This document shows, piece after piece, positions 25,001-39,063 of a stretch of 64,000 bases of DNA. Position 1 is the stretch's first letter, and each line of letters begins with the position of its first letter. This stretch comes from Ramazzottius varieornatus. Its lineage: Eukaryota; Animalia; Tardigrada. A program made the translations under genes and the position numbers. The notes under the pieces are model-generated. The model was given only the letters and a program-made list of their open reading frames with translations, was not told the origin of the DNA and did not search any database. The stretch spans positions 1,477,249 to 1,541,248 of the forward strand of contig BDGG01000005.1 in NCBI GenBank assembly GCA_001949185.1, in the 5' to 3' direction.

Positions 25001-25863
25001 TCGTTGTCTTTAGTGGCGCACCCTTCCAATCAGTACCAATGAAACATTGCGCCACTTGAGATACCGATCTTGTACCGTTGTACCTTTTGTTTGCCCACCT
25101 TTTGATTGATGAGGTCTTCAACTTATTCTGTTTCAGGTTTCGGGCAGCTGACACGGTTACTAGGTACGTTGGCTGGCGGCAAGGTGGCGCTGGTGCTTGA
25201 AGGAGGCTACGATCTGGCACCTATCTGCGATTCCGCGGAAGAGTCTGTCAAAGCTTTGCTGGGCGACCCTTCACCGCAGATGAGTGAAGAAACTCTGACG
25301 TCAAAGCCTAACGAGAACTGCGTCAAGAGCCTGGAAGAAGTCATCGCAATCCAATGTAAGAACATCAAAAATTTTTAATTATTGGTCCATTGCGACATAC
25401 CGTACTGCTTCTTAAACTTCGCGAATTGCGTCTTAGTAGACGTGTGCTTCATGCGTCTTCATTCCCGTAAACTCTACGCATACACTGACGTCATCGCGAA
25501 GTTCAAGAAGCATTACAGTAATCAGTGTGGTTGTTAGCGGCTGAACTGATAGAAAAATGGCAGGAAATAGCCCGCAAACCTTCTTTCATCAGCTCAGCTT
25601 TGAATAAACCTTAAGATCGAATAGTTTGCCGCGATAATTACTACCTTCTTTTTATTATTGTTTTTCCAGCGAAATTTTGGCCATGCCTGAAGCGGACAGC
25701 GCCCACCGTTTCGTGGTCCTTAGTGGAAGCCCAGCAGCGGGAAGGGCGCCTACAGCCGGAGCCACCAGTAGGCGCTATGGCCTCTTTGTCGGTTGGAGCG
25801 GTGCGTATTCTGCCCAGTGTACCGCCCGGTGTCCCGGAAGAGCCTATGGATCAAGACAAATAA
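19008..25863 (+). CDS. HDAC4: Class IIa histone deacetylase (HDAC4/5/7/9 ortholog), many exons
   Basis: Gln-rich N-terminus; MEF2-binding [19 protein letters not shown]; 14-3-3 sites RKTASEP, RTHSAP, RAFSSP; catalytic [42 protein letters not shown]; C-terminal NES-like MASLSV. Confidence 0.95.
21666..22330. repeat. Two interleaved long inverted-repeat pairs in an HDAC intron (A 21666-21719 / A' 22095-22148; B 21992-22075 / B' 22247-22330)
   Basis: Direct reverse-complement matches, e.g. GCGGACTCGTCAATGCAAAATCGCATGGC vs GCCATGCGATTTTGCATTGACAAGTCCGC, and TACTTACATCCTTCTAC vs GTAGAAGGATGTAAGTA. Confidence 0.85.
22731..22804. repeat. Palindromic dispersed element, family P (AGATCG..CAAGTGGCGCA-spacer-TGCGCCACTTG..CGATCT)
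   Basis: CAGATCGTTTCCCAAGTGGCGCA...TGCGCCACTTGGAAAGGCGACCTG; related copies occur throughout the window. Confidence 0.8.
24999..25069. repeat. Family P palindromic element (HDAC intron)
   Basis: GATCGTTGTCTTTAGTGGCGCA...TGCGCCACTTGAGATACCGATC. Confidence 0.8.
25398..25520. mobile_element. TA-flanked MITE, Tc2/pogo-like termini
   Basis: TACCGTACTGCTTCTTAAACTTCGCGA ... TCGCGAAGTTCAAGAAGCATTACAGTA, a ~27-bp imperfect TIR. Confidence 0.75.
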
Positions 25864-28149
25864 TAATGTATACCCTTCTGCTAAACGTTTTCTCCTATGG
25901 AAGAAAGAAAGTTCTTTGTTCAATGTATGATCCAGCCAATCAATCAGAAAAGCCAAATTTCTTTTTTCATTTCTTTATAAGTTTCTCAGTATTATGTTTC
26001 AGAGCCATCTCAGTGCACATTGTTTTTTCGCATGCTTTTCATTGCTTGTGAATAATAATTATATAATTTTACCTCTCTCACATTTTGCATTTTTCTCAGT
26101 TCGAATTCCTTTCTCTGTACAAAGAGCGTTGGTATAAGAATAATGGAGTATCACGTTGAAGGAATGGTGAGAGTTTCTAGATGTAACAGCTTTGTCCACT
26201 TTGTGTCGGGCTTTGTCGTCTACGGACGGAGTGACTACTACAACCTGCTTAATCAGATTTTTTACCGTATGTCCTTCGTATCAGGTGTGTCAACGTTTCA
26301 GCTTGGGAGGACTTATAGATAATAGCCCAGCACAAATGCGCCTTTGTACAGATTAATGCCCAAAGCGGATTAATGCTACCTGCAACCTTGTCGCTGTTCG
26401 CTTCATTTGCAACGCTACTGTTTTTTCCACTGTGATTCATCATTAAACTTAATCAGGCTGAATTAATTACACCCCACATGACAAAAAAACGGCCACCACC
26501 ATAAATGTGCTAAGCGTTACTATTAAGCTTAGTCGTGGAGAGTTATCCGAATTCCCGGAGAATTCCGCTTTTTTTGTACGGTACTGCTGACTTGACAAGG
26601 CCGTGCTCGGCACCAACTTACAGGCATTCTCATAGAAAAAGGCAGAAGACCCAAAATGAATCCTGACGGTTCTTCGACGATGCGACATCGCGAAAAAGAT
26701 TCCCGGGTAATATTTGATACTGAAAAATTCCACAGCCGAGACAGTTTTGCTTCTCGTTTCTTATCGGAAAGGTATAATCAGAAGCTTCTCTTCTGGGCAC
26801 CTGTTATCGGCTCATCTTGACGCCGATCGAACGTTCGAAGCCGTCATCAAGATGTGGTGAAGCTCAAGAATTTCTGTCTCGGAGCTTCCGCTTCCGTGTT
26901 CCGCCGGAAGAGACTTCACAGAGATATGTCTCGTTTTTACGAAAAGTTAGGTTCGGAAAGGGCAGTAATTCCTATAGAACTGATTAGAAATTTCCCGGAA
27001 AATAGTAATCAACTTGTCGCTGCGCGTGGGTGGGGTCGATGAGTCGTTGCACCTGAGTAGCGTAATAAAAAGACGTCAAGCTACCGTTGTGTGCATTACC
27101 TCATGAGCGATCAAAAACAAAGCTCTCTTTCACACGACAAAAAGCAGAATCATATCGCCATCGCGACTGTATCTCGTTGGAAGTGTCTACACGTTACACA
27201 TTACGCATTCCTTACCCGTGAACCATGCGCCATTTTCTCAGTGTTACTGATAGCCGGTGGCGCTTTTTTCACTAAGACAAGTCGCGAGCTTTTCTTGGCT
27301 GCACTTGGCAAGATTGACACAGAGGCTTCCATTCTGGTTTGCTGCGGAAAACGCGTTCATGCTCGACACGCACGGCTGCCATCGCGCACTTGTCTTGTTG
27401 TACCGGCTGTAGCTACCATCTTGGTACGTACCTGCTGTGTCTGTCCGATATTGGCCACCATTACAGCCTTATACCGGTCACCGTTTATCTACCTGTACTG
27501 TACCTGCATCTAGAATATCCTCTCCACACTTACCTCCATCTAGCTAGAGAGATCTTCGACCACTTTCCTCAACTGTATCGTTTCTGTGTCACATCCTGCA
27601 GTGCGCGCTTAACGACGTACCTTACATATCCATATATCCATATGATTGTGAAGATGAAGGCGGAAGTGCACCTTCTCCCTTTGCAACCGTATTTGCTCTC
27701 AAGCACTTCCTGAATAATATCGATTTTGTATTCCCTCGTTGAATCCAGCTGGTGTCTATCCCTGTTTTGTCAGGGTACATATTTGTCCACAGCCCGTAAT
27801 AGCAGGTCAAGAAGACACACGGATGTGGATGGTTTAAATCCAGCTGACGTTTAACTTACCTGATTACCGTCTGGTACGCGGATGCTCATTCTTCTTTTGG
27901 ATTTATTCTAAACGAAGAGGGCAATGCCACCAGATTTAAGATCAGTCTGAATATCTTTCGGATGGTCCGGGAATAATATATTTTGCTGTCTGAAATTACC
28001 CGTCATCACCTTCATCATGGGAAACTATTTTGCGCTTACAAAGGATCTAATGAGGCGGACTATGTGAATTTTTCCTTGGACTGGCTGACCTCAAACTGGT
28101 CGCCGAAAGATCCATCATCGGATATCTGCCGGCATTGCTGGTGGTTCCG

Positions 28150-31100
28150 ATGAAACTGACGAAAATGCCATCATGGCTGCTGTTTATACCTTTTGTCCTC
28201 TTTATTTTGTTGGATCCTTGTCGAGGTAAATTAGCGAACCGAAAGAAAGCACTTGGCGTTTTCTCAAAGATGTGCTTGACCGCTCTCGAGTAATTATCTT
28301 TGGTGAAGCGCTTGGGTTACTGCGTTATAAATCTAGTCTAAAAAAATACGAAGCTAATTCTGAAAGAAATTTAACCTTGAACAATTTTTTTCTAAAATTA
28401 AATCACAATTTCTCCTCGATATTTCAAAATACCTGCTGAGTCATGCTCGATTTTCTTTGAGTTCGACGAGAACGTCTGGGTTCGATTCCTACTTCTTACG
28501 GGATTTTTGGCAGTTTTTCTTCTGTGTTGCAGCGGCCTATTGCGGCTTTCCCGGAACTGCGCTCAATTCGCGGGTGGAATTTTCGTCAGAGTCCCTAACC
28601 ACCGGCACCTTTGCCGTGTACTCCTGTGATGAAGGCTACAGATTATTAGGCAGTCGTTCGCGATATTGTTTAGACGAGGGCAAATGGAGCGGATCGTTAC
28701 CTGTGTGCGGTGAGTAGTCGTGTTGGTGATCTGTGAAGATGGCCAGATGGTTCGCTGGTACTTGTTCATAAAACCACGATCAAAAACAAAATAAATACAG
28801 CAAATTTATGCGGCGTCATGTTTGGTCTCCAATGTGCTTGTTGACGGTGATGCAAGAGCTTCGAGATGTCTCAGGGTCACGGCTGTTTTGCTAGCAAAGC
28901 CCGGAAGTGATGACTGTGTTTTTATTGACGCTGTCAAACAACTTCTCCTATCACATTTAATCACAAAAAAGCGATCGAACAAAATACTAACCCCTATTTT
29001 ACGAAGCGGAACGAATCTTTCCGCCGTCTTTCTGCAAGAGTCAGTTATTAATCGTCCGATAAAATTAATGTTTTGGAACAAAACAAAATGGTGCACCGGT
29101 CAGTTTTTCTGTTGTGACCAGCCTTTTTCAAACCAATCAAAAGTTAACCGATGAACATTACTGAACTTCTGTCTTGAGGAACTAATCGCTTTCCTCTGCT
29201 TTGATCCGGAATCCATCTTCCTGAAATTCCTTTTCTACGGTTGGTTCGCAGTTGTGTGAGCTTTAGCGCTCCTTTCTTTCTTTGCAGTGGTCAACATCGC
29301 GTTATTCCGGCCCGTAAATGGTTCGAGTATGTCGGCGGGTGGCGCTGCTGAGCATGGGAACGATGGGAACGTTGATAATCGTCATCGCGGGCAGTTTTGC
29401 GTGGAAACAACAAAAGAAGCTTATCCCTGGTGGAAAGTCGATCTTCTGGCTTCATACGATGTCCACGGTATCGTTCTCTATGGGAATACCGACGCCGGTA
29501 AGTCAAGCATGATCATTCATATGCTTCGGTTCATAAATATGATTATCGCGTCCAACGAAACTGCGTTGGCGCAGGAGAGTGTGTCAGACAGGAAGCTTTT
29601 GAATATCAAAGTACGAAAACAAGCCGGTAGAAAGGTATTTTCTGTTTGTATGGCAGCTGGTATCGCTGCCCTGGCCTACGCGGAATAATATCAACAACTC
29701 GACCTTCTTTGCATTGAATCATGCTTGATTAGGATCAGAAACAGCAGCTGCCCCACTAGGATGCGCTTAGTTGAAACCTCTCGAGCATATCATCAACCGG
29801 TTCGACGTGCTCCACATCAAAATCTTTTGTCAACCTATACGTAGTCCGAAAGTTCTGTACTTTCCGCGTAGGCAAGAAGCTTGGAGAGAGGGTTGAAATG
29901 CACGAAGAGCCACTTTAGGAAAAAACAATAAAATAATTACTAAAACAGGGACACGCCCACGAGTATTTCTTTTTCTGCATTTTTTTCTGTTGAGTGTTTT
30001 TTCGTGGATGGAGACTAATATTGGGTTGTGTATTTTTCAGACCCTCAGCAGCATTTGTCGAACCTTCAAGTTCGTGTGGGAAACAGCAGCAACGCGGCTG
30101 AGAACAAACTATGTGCGTGGCTTCCGGATGTACTAGGTGAGTTGTTGTGGATCGAGTGGTTTACGGTGGCTAAAAGAACCGATGGCCAGTGTTCGATAGT
30201 TAGTTAATCAATTTCATCCATCATTCTTTCACGTAATAATGTGCTTCTCGGTTAAAAGTGGCCCGTTCGACGGAAGACTATTTTTATACTCGCATCAAAC
30301 CAGCAACCACAATCGGTCACCGGTCGTTCGCAAAAAGCTCCAAAACGAAATCCAAAGTTCTTCTCGCGCTCGATAACACTTTAAAAATTTCAGACAGTAA
30401 TGTAACCTCGAAATTCCAGAGATTCCATCTGGGAACTCTTTCAAGGAGATTGATTATAATCAGGTGGAACCACGCAAACTTTTTTCCCACGTTTCTCACG
30501 CAGAATATCAACTCGAGCGAAACAACTCGATCGACTTTTTTCTACCTCGGTTTAATCAGTTCCACCTCCCAATAAACCAGTATTGAAGTGACTAATGTCA
30601 CTCTGATTTCTTCGTAGATCCAACCACAGCCAGGGAGATCCTGTGCGCCGTTCCGTTGAATGGTCGCCACGTCAGTATCCACGTCGGCAGTTCCGAACCC
30701 ACCGTCCTGTCCTTCTGTGAAGTCCAGGTGCTTTCCCCGCAAGGTAAACAATTTAATAATGCATCAAGCTTCGTGTTTGAGTCAGCGGTACGATGTTATG
30801 CCGTTGCGGTTAATGGCCAGCGGGCAAGTAAATAAACGCGCCGGTGTTAATTTTAGAACCTCCGACGGCAAAGTGCCCTGTCCGTTCAGCCCAAACCTAC
30901 GTCTTTCAGCGCCACTGTTATGATATTCATGTGGAGGCCAAAACTAGTATTACAAAAGCCACAAAGAACTGCCAGGATAATGGGGGTACGTTGGTGACGC
31001 AAAGTACTGCAGCCAGCCAGCAGTTTCTGGTGGGGACCCTCAAGCGACTGGAGACCTCGAAGGTCCTGCTGTTAACGTCGGCCATTAGTATGTGGATGGG

Positions 31101-34100
31101 GTTGAGCAGGACACCAGGAAATCAACCATGGAACTGGAGATGGCAACCCAACAGTACGCTCCTCAATTTTTATCTGATGAAACGACGAAAGAGAAAAACA
31201 AAGTCGCAAAGAATCTTGATAATCTCGAAACTGGTCCGGTTGTTTCCGGCTGTACATAAAAAATGTTTACTTTCACAGATGTGACTCTCAACGAAAGTTT
31301 TTGGGCAGAAGGAGAGCCAAATCAGTAAGTCATGAGCTTTCGTCAAGGGCAGATAGGAGAAACTTTTACGATTTTTTTCTGCGAAGGTTCGACGCGAAAG
31401 GGTCGATATGTGTGGCTATGGCAAGCGAACTGGACTACCGTTGGAAGGATGTTCCGTGTAACTCCGAAGCCAACTGGATCTGTCAGTACGAGCCGATAGG
31501 CTGTGGAAGTCCAGACATCAAACAGAACTCTACGATCTCCAACAAAAAGACGAACTTCAAGCAAAACGACGCGCTAAACTACCATTGCGAGGTGGGGAAT
31601 CAGATGCTGGGTCAAGCCAACCGGACATGCTTGAAGGATGGTTCATGGAGCAACGATGCTCCGGGATGTAAATACGTCGACTGCGGAGAATTGCCAAAAA
31701 TCAAAGACAGCGTCCAGTTCCTGATAAACCAACGGACCACGTACGGTGCGGAAGCGGAATATGCGTGCATCGGGAACTTGTCGCTTATCGGAAGTGCGAA
31801 GACCCAATGTGGACCTGCTGGGTGGACTGGCGCACCACCCGAATGCCGCTGTAAGCAAACCTATCTGTCTCTTGACAGCACGACTAACCTGAACAACGAA
31901 TGTAGAAAAGTACTCAAATGGTACCGGCAAGGCAAAACGACAGACTGATCGACGAGGTTACGTAAAACACATTATGCAACTGCATACATTTGGAACATGG
32001 TTTCATTGTTTTTCTTATGTATGCAGCTGCTTGCCAGACAGAAAACCCTTGTTCTCTGGCTTCTTTGATATTTTTAGTGAATCAGCTCATACTTTCGGTT
32101 TTCAGACGTGAACTGTGGATTTCTGCCGCCGATTGACTACGGAGCAGCCCTTTTGTTGGATGGGAACACTTTCTACAAGTCACGCGGACGTTACGAGTGT
32201 ATAGAGAACTACACGCTGATAGGCTCCTCATTGTTGACATGCGCGGAGAACAGCCAGTGGAACGAGAGCATCCCGCATTGTCGGCTGAAGGAATGTCCAG
32301 TTCCTGCTCCTTTGCTCAATGGTCGGATCGGAGGATCGAACTTCTCCATCGGACAACAACTGACATACGTCTGCGATGAAGGATTCTATCTGTCGAATGA
32401 GGTCCCTAATGTCCGGACATGCCTGATGGACCAACACTGGAGCACCGAGGCGCCCACCTGCATACGTAAGCTCGTCCCGTACACACATGCTAACACGCTT
32501 CCGACAAACTTCCTTGTTTTGCAGCGATCGACTGCGGTATGCCAGAACTTCTTCCCAACGGTACATTTTCACTGCTAAGCGGAGGAACAACCTACAACAA
32601 GACCGTGCTCTATGGCTGTGAAAGTAACTTCGCGCTGGTTGGAGACCAGCAAAGAGTTTGCACACTGGCGGCTGTTTGGAGCGGGAATACGCCGAAATGC
32701 ATCGGTAGGTTTTCCGGGAAAATTGTGGAGTTTCGCAAAGCAAATACATGTTGTGTATATTAGTGTCCAAATGCCCTCCGCCGACACTACACGATAACGA
32801 GGTCCTCATCACACCGGACTTTCCTGTCGGTTCGACAGCGACGATCAGCTGTCGGTCGGGGTACCGGGTCCAAGGTTTTCAGAACTACACATGCCACCCT
32901 GATGGCTACTGGATCGGCGAGCGGCCTTTCTGTCATTTCCTGGACTGTGGAGCAGCACCTGTGGTTCCCCATGGGGTCTCTCGGTCATCTGCTCCACAGA
33001 ACGGACTTGGAACTGTCGTGACATACACCTGTGACGCAAACACAACTCTCATGGGCGATCCTGTGATATACTGCACGGAAACGGAAATATGGAGCGGCTA
33101 TGCGCCATCGTGCATCGGTAAGAGCCCATTGTTAGACCAGTGACGGCTCCTGTACGATTTTTTCATCAAGACTAACATGAAATCCAGTCAATTGGTTTGA
33201 GCAATTTCCGAACGCAGGAGGAACTGGCTTTTTCGTTTGTATTAAGTTCTCTGTGACTGTGAGAGATGTGGTGTCGGAAATCGTCCAATCGGGACGCCGT
33301 CGATCCCGAATTCCCGTTTTCCTACGTGACTTTCAAACATGATTCTGTAAACATTACGACACTAGCTCTCATACCGCTAAAGCAGTAGTCTTTCAAACGT
33401 TCTGACAATTAAGCTCTATTGCTCTATTGGTATTAAATTCTTGTTAATAATTCTGCGAATTGTCCGTTTGTAGGTTGTGGTCATCCGGGCTTCGTCAACA
33501 AAGCGATTATCAAAGGCTCTGACTACGGACTAAACGCCACTGTCGAGTACAGCTGCGAACCCGGATACCGGTTAGAGGGATTAAGCCAGCGGACCTGTCT
33601 GTTTCCCGGGAACTGGTCCGATCAGGCGCCGGAATGTAAAGGTGTGAAGATTGCTTTTCAAGTGCAGCTCACAACTAGTCCTAACGTGTTTGTCCTGTAG
33701 AAATATTCTGTCCGCCGGCTTCTGCACCGCTTAACGGAACAGTGAGCAGCAAAAAGCCGGTCAAGATTGGATCATCGGTGGATTTTAACTGCAACACCGG
33801 AAACGCACTGAATGGACATCCTTCGGCTGTCTGCACCATTGACGGAACATGGGATACTGAAACACCCACATGCAAATGTAAGCTTTTGTTCGCTCTCATA
33901 ATCCGACCGGACTACAACACAAATACGCATTTGTGACGTGATGCACTAACATATGTTATGCTTTTGTAGTTGTCTACTGCGGCAAGCCTCCGGAAGCAAA
34001 GAACGCTCGCACCGGCTTCAACGGAACAGTTTACGGCAGCTTTGCAAAGTACACTTGTAAAGATGGCTTCTTCCTGTGGGGCAATCAGGAAATTTTCTGT

Positions 34101-34951
34101 CTGGCCAGCGGAAAATGGGAAGCGGCTCCAGAATGCAAAAGTAGGATGCTTGCACTCGCTTGTGGAATTCTCAGTAATAAATGCCAGCCGAAACAGCACT
34201 TGTTAATTTTGCAAGTTCACAAAAAATGCGGTAAATAGTTTTTACCAAAATCTTATTTCAAAAGCACGAATATTCAGACGTACTCTGATTTCAAATATAC
34301 TATAGTCTGTGGAAACTCAGCAGCAGGAGAACTCTGACAATGCAATGCGACTTTCTACATGGGTTTTCTGTTGCAGATGTACCTCCAGAGCCCAAACTGT
34401 CTTCAGGTAGAGTTTTAAGCCTTGCACAAAGACCTTTCTATTCAGTTGTAGTCTTCGTTACCAAACGCTTTTATTGGTTGTAGACGCCCTTCTCGACGAT
34501 GACGCAAACGTAATACCAAGACGAGCCGCGGAGAACCTGAACTCCGGAAATTCTAGCAACTCCAGCCAGCTAGGAATGGGCATCGGTATCGCCGTTGCCT
34601 GCGTTCTCGTCATCGTCTTCGTCGTCATCTCGGTGATCTTCATAAGACTGTAAGTTCTTCCTTCATGTACTAGCCACAACCTAGCCTTGCATTGTGCTGC
34701 TCAACTTGTGCCCGTATCGTGCTCGTGTTCCAACTTGCTTCTTTTTGCTTCGATCGGCAGGTACGTTAAGAACAAGCGGCGCTATGTTTTTTAGGCGTGG
34801 TCGAAAGGGACGTTCGGCAGATTTGCCGGTGTCGCGCGCCACCTACGTCGACCCAAACTTTACCTTCAAACACAAGCTCACGACGTCCGACCGCGACGTC
34901 CAAGTGACCAAAGCCTATGTCAATGATGCCTTCGACAGTACAGCCCTTTAG
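28150..34951 (+). CDS. Furrowed/selectin-like type I membrane protein: signal, CCP, F-type lectin, C-type lectin, ~10 CCP (sushi), TM, cytoplasmic tail
   Basis: Signal MKLTKMPSWLLFIPFVLF; CGFPG..YSCDEGY..WSGSLPVC; NIALFRP..WWKVDL; CYD..WMGL..WKDVPC..WICQ; repeated C..P..Y.C..G..C..W....P.C; TM MGIGIAVACVLVIVFVVISVIFI. Confidence 0.88.
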
Positions 34952-35818
34952 CAGGACTGTGGAGTCTCTGAGTGTAAAGCCGCCAAAAAGCTTTGACCGT
35001 TTTAGTTTTTTGAACAGTTTGTTATTTTTTCTCTCGTTTTCCAAATCGATAGTTCCTGACTGACTCTCTTGCAAAATATTTCACACCGACACATTGGAAT
35101 TCTCAGTCCATATTCGTCAGAATACTCTTTCTAAACCATATGTACCACAGTAATCAGAGCTTATTTATAAAAATATATGGCAGGAAAAATCAGAAAATAA
35201 GGTTTGTCCTCGGTCCCCAAAATTCGCCCTAGAGATCGCCTAATTCTCGAGGTGTGGGTGGGCGCACTGTGATTCCTCCAAATTTTCTGGCTACGAAAAT
35301 GCTACGGTTCTGTGTGCCGAACAGACGGCACACCTAATGCAAACCGCTGCAGTATATCTTTGGAAGTTGTGTGGAGGTTGTTTATCTTTGGAATTCGCAA
35401 GAGTTTTGAAATCATGGACAAGAGTAGAGGGTTCCGTCTGCAACGACGTCACCGGAAGTGGGTGATTTACTGCCATGCAGCACCATGTATGACATGACAT
35501 CCCGTTGTATCACAAGACATCACGTTACATGACCAAGCATTCTTCGGGTAAGCTGAAAACTTCGATTGATTGGTGATTGTCAAGCTGCAGCCTGCCACAG
35601 CTTTCCATTCATGAACCATAATTATCCATTCTCCTTTTTCGTCGTTTCTAGCAGGATTATCCACTCGTCTGTCGCCCTCGGAATTTCATTATTGATACCT
35701 GTTGAAGGCGAAGGCAACGTCGGGTTTCTGGTGCAATCGAGACGTATCTGGTAGGCGCAGTTGGCAACGTGACGCTGTTACGGGACTCTTCAGCGTTACG
35801 ATCGGAGATACAGCAAGA

Positions 35819-37003
35819 ATGGTTAACACCACCAAAGCTCCTGGTCTTGCCTCAAGTTGGAAGCCCAGTTTTGGCCAAGAAATCTACGACGGAAAGATTC
35901 AAGAAGCGAAGAGGGCCATCGAAGCGGACAAGAGCGTGGCGACAAAGCTTGACGAGGTACGTAATGGTCGTAACCATCGGCCGTTTGACGTACTCGTACT
36001 CGGAATGTTCGCTCCGATTTACCCTATCGCGCATATCCTCATTACGTTTGAAGCCAAAAAAGAACTTTGTGGATCCTTTCTAGAGTGGTCGAAACGCGGT
36101 CCACTGGGCTTGCTCGGGAGGACATGCGGAGTTTGTGGAATATCTGGACGGCCTGGGAATCCCCATTGACACTCCTGACGCAGTAGGTTCCATCTTTACA
36201 AGCTAACACAGTTTACGGGTTACATGACAGAACTACTGTATACAGCATTATGAAATTTTGCGTTGATGTTGCCAGAACGGATGGAGTCCCTTGATGATAA
36301 GTGTGTCGGCTGGGAAAGACGAGCTGGTCAAATATCTTATCCAGAGAGGAGCGGATGTAAACCAGACAAATTCTTCCGGACAGCAGCCTCTTCACTACGC
36401 TGCCTCCAAGAACAGGCTCGCGGTACGTTTTTTCTTCTTCGTGGTCTTTCGCAGAAGAAATTACTTCCTCTGTTATCATGGTTAGAACGAAACTGTCAAT
36501 TTATTTTGCTTGTTTGTTGTAGACGGCTGAATTGCTCATCGAACTCGGTGCTTCTGTCAACAGCAAAGATAACTCCGGAAGTACGCCACTTCACCGAGCG
36601 GTCTCACAAGGACATACGAGAATCTGTGATCTCTTGATAAAGAACGGTGCACGAGTGAACAATCCGGATAACTACGGAAACACCCCGCTGTAAGTAGACT
36701 GTAACTTCAGGCGAATGTATTTTCACACAACGTTGGGTCTCCAGGGAATTTAAAGTGATTTGATTCCGTTACAGACATGTAGCTTGCGAGGTTGGGAACT
36801 CCGAGATAGCGCGGCTCCTGGCTGAAAACGGTGCTTCCGTGGAGATGAAGAACAAGGTACCCGTACTGTTCACCGTTTCTACTTGAACATGCGAGATGAG
36901 AGATGACTGGCGATTTTTGTTTTCGTTATAGGACGAGAGGACGCCTTTGGATTTCTGCGATAAGCAGCTGACGCAGTTGCTCACACGTCTTGCGGAGGGA
37001 TAG
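35819..37003 (+). CDS. PSMD10: Gankyrin / 26S proteasome assembly chaperone (ankyrin repeats)
   Basis: SGRNAVHWACSGGH, GWSPLMISVSAG, GQQPLHYAASKNR, GSTPLHRAVSQGH, GNTPLHVACE; ends TRLAEG*. Confidence 0.88.
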
Positions 37004-37263
37004 AAAACTTAGGCTAAAAAACTAATTCCCGATGCTTGTGTATAGTTTTCAGAGTTTACTGACATTCTATCAGTGAAATGTCCAAGATATACAGAGGAAG
37101 ACACTGATACTGAAAGGAATGTGAATTTATAAAAGAGGAAAAAATTAAAACCACAATGAGAGTTGAAACAAGAAAGTTAAAGCTGCCTGTTATGGTCGCA
37201 GTTTGTCATGGATGAGCTGAAGCTAGTATGTTCAAACGTCAGTCAAAAAACATTGTCAAAAGC

Positions 37264-38330
37264 TTACAATTCTACTCGTTTCTTGGGCCCAGTTTCTTTC
37301 TTCGGCCCACCCGAACCGTCGGAATACGGTAGTCCCAAAGGCTGCCATGGAAGCGCTAGACAAGCTGCAAATAAGCCAGTGTGCAACAATGAACTGCCAA
37401 ACCTCTTTGAGTCAAAATAAGGAAATGTCCTGGCGGAGTAGTTTGCACCTTCGAAAGCCATGAAGATACTTACTTTGATCTTTCCCCTTGAGGACGGTAT
37501 TGCGGCAGAAGTAGTCGACCAAGGGCTCTTCCTGGTGCTGAAAGTACCACGCTGATAGATCGTCCTCATATTCTTCCGCCAATGCTTCACACTGCAAACG
37601 AGCAACCCCAATCAGGTAATTACAGTCCATTTTGTAACAGCGGCGCACTCAACACATGATCACTAATGTTTAGGAGGACGAACCTGTCTCTTCAGGGAAG
37701 CAATTTCCTTGTTGGGTTGTTTCTCAACAACTTCCCAAGGCATCCCAATGTCCACTTTGACTCCGCGTCCCCTGCACCGTAAAGAGAGCATCGAACCATT
37801 AATAGAGAATGAACCAGCTCCGACGTTTGACACTGAACCTAGGCGTTCGAGAAGAAGTGGTCAACATTTTGCCGACATACCGAAGTCCCTGCAAGGTGCT
37901 GAGCGTTTCGCTGGGTTGCTTCGCATAGCGCTGCATGCCGTCTTTATCTTGTACCGCGTAATCCGACACTTCTTCGCAAGCTGTTTCTAATACGGTCAGC
38001 AACCGTAGTTCACTCCGGCTAAAGTCCACTTTCCTCGCGTCCGGCGAGAAGGGCTTTGAGCTCAGGTCGAGCGTCTGCTTGGAATAGGTTTCCGCCATCT
38101 TCTTGTCCATCTCATATACAAATACCCTGCAAACTGAACCGCTAGGAATAACTTCACTAGGGTCTACTGATGGTCATCGGGGCCCAATCAGAGAAGGGCA
38201 GATGGTTCTTACCTTCACATAATGTGGGAATATGGCTGACTTTGTTGTCGTCGTCTGCCGAAGCGAACAGGAGATGGCATAGACTAACGATGACGACCAT
38301 GGATATCACACCGTTCCTTCTTATGTCCAT
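37264..38330 (-). CDS. Canopy family ER saposin-like protein (CNPY3/CNPY4)
   Basis: Signal peptide; PTLCEVC; RSELRLLTVLETACE; GVKVDIGMPWEVVE; CEALAEEYEDDLSAWY; YFCRNTVL; ER-retention-like KRVEL*. Confidence 0.85.
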
Positions 38331-39063
38331 TGTTCTTTAAGGGTATTTCCTTTTCCGCAGTCCTTAACCGAATCTTTAACCAAGTTCTTTCAACAACCGT
38401 CCTGGAACAAAGAGTGCAGTAGTAGGAAATAAATGGTGATAGTGGAGGCAACGCAGCAAACGAGTCCAACGCAGCCTTCCAAGAAGGCTAAGTGCTCTTC
38501 ATCAAGAGCTTACCTTGAACAAGAGCTGCGCCTTATTTTTGTACTTTGAACCCGATTTTCCAAACAAAGTGACAGGATCCGATCCGCTCGAGCAAAGGCA
38601 GTGCACACAGAAAGTAAACTTTGGCACAATTCCAAACAGCCACAGCGGCACTGACGCGTTTACCCGTGCGCAACTTCTACGTTCGCCCTCTTGCCCGGAT
38701 GCTGACTGTCGGGCCCTGCGTCACGGTTGCAGCTCAGACTGGTCCTCACTTTTCAGACTACGTCCGGAGATCTACAAGTAGTAAGATGGAATCTAGGTGG
38801 ACTGTATGAGGGCCAGGAGCTAGCGAACAAAAGCGTCGAAAAAACCGGACTTCGATGAAACAAACAAGAGTCACAGGCAAACAGCTGATTTCCAGGCGAA
38901 ACCAACCGACATACGATGCCTCACCAACACCAAAAACATAATTATGTTTGGCAAGTCGTGGTATGGTCGGCTGGCAGTCCGCTGGCAACAGTTCCTTATT
39001 ATCGTCGCTGCTTCTCGTGCAGCCGGGCTCCGTCTGCGACATATGATTGCTCCGAGATCGAAT

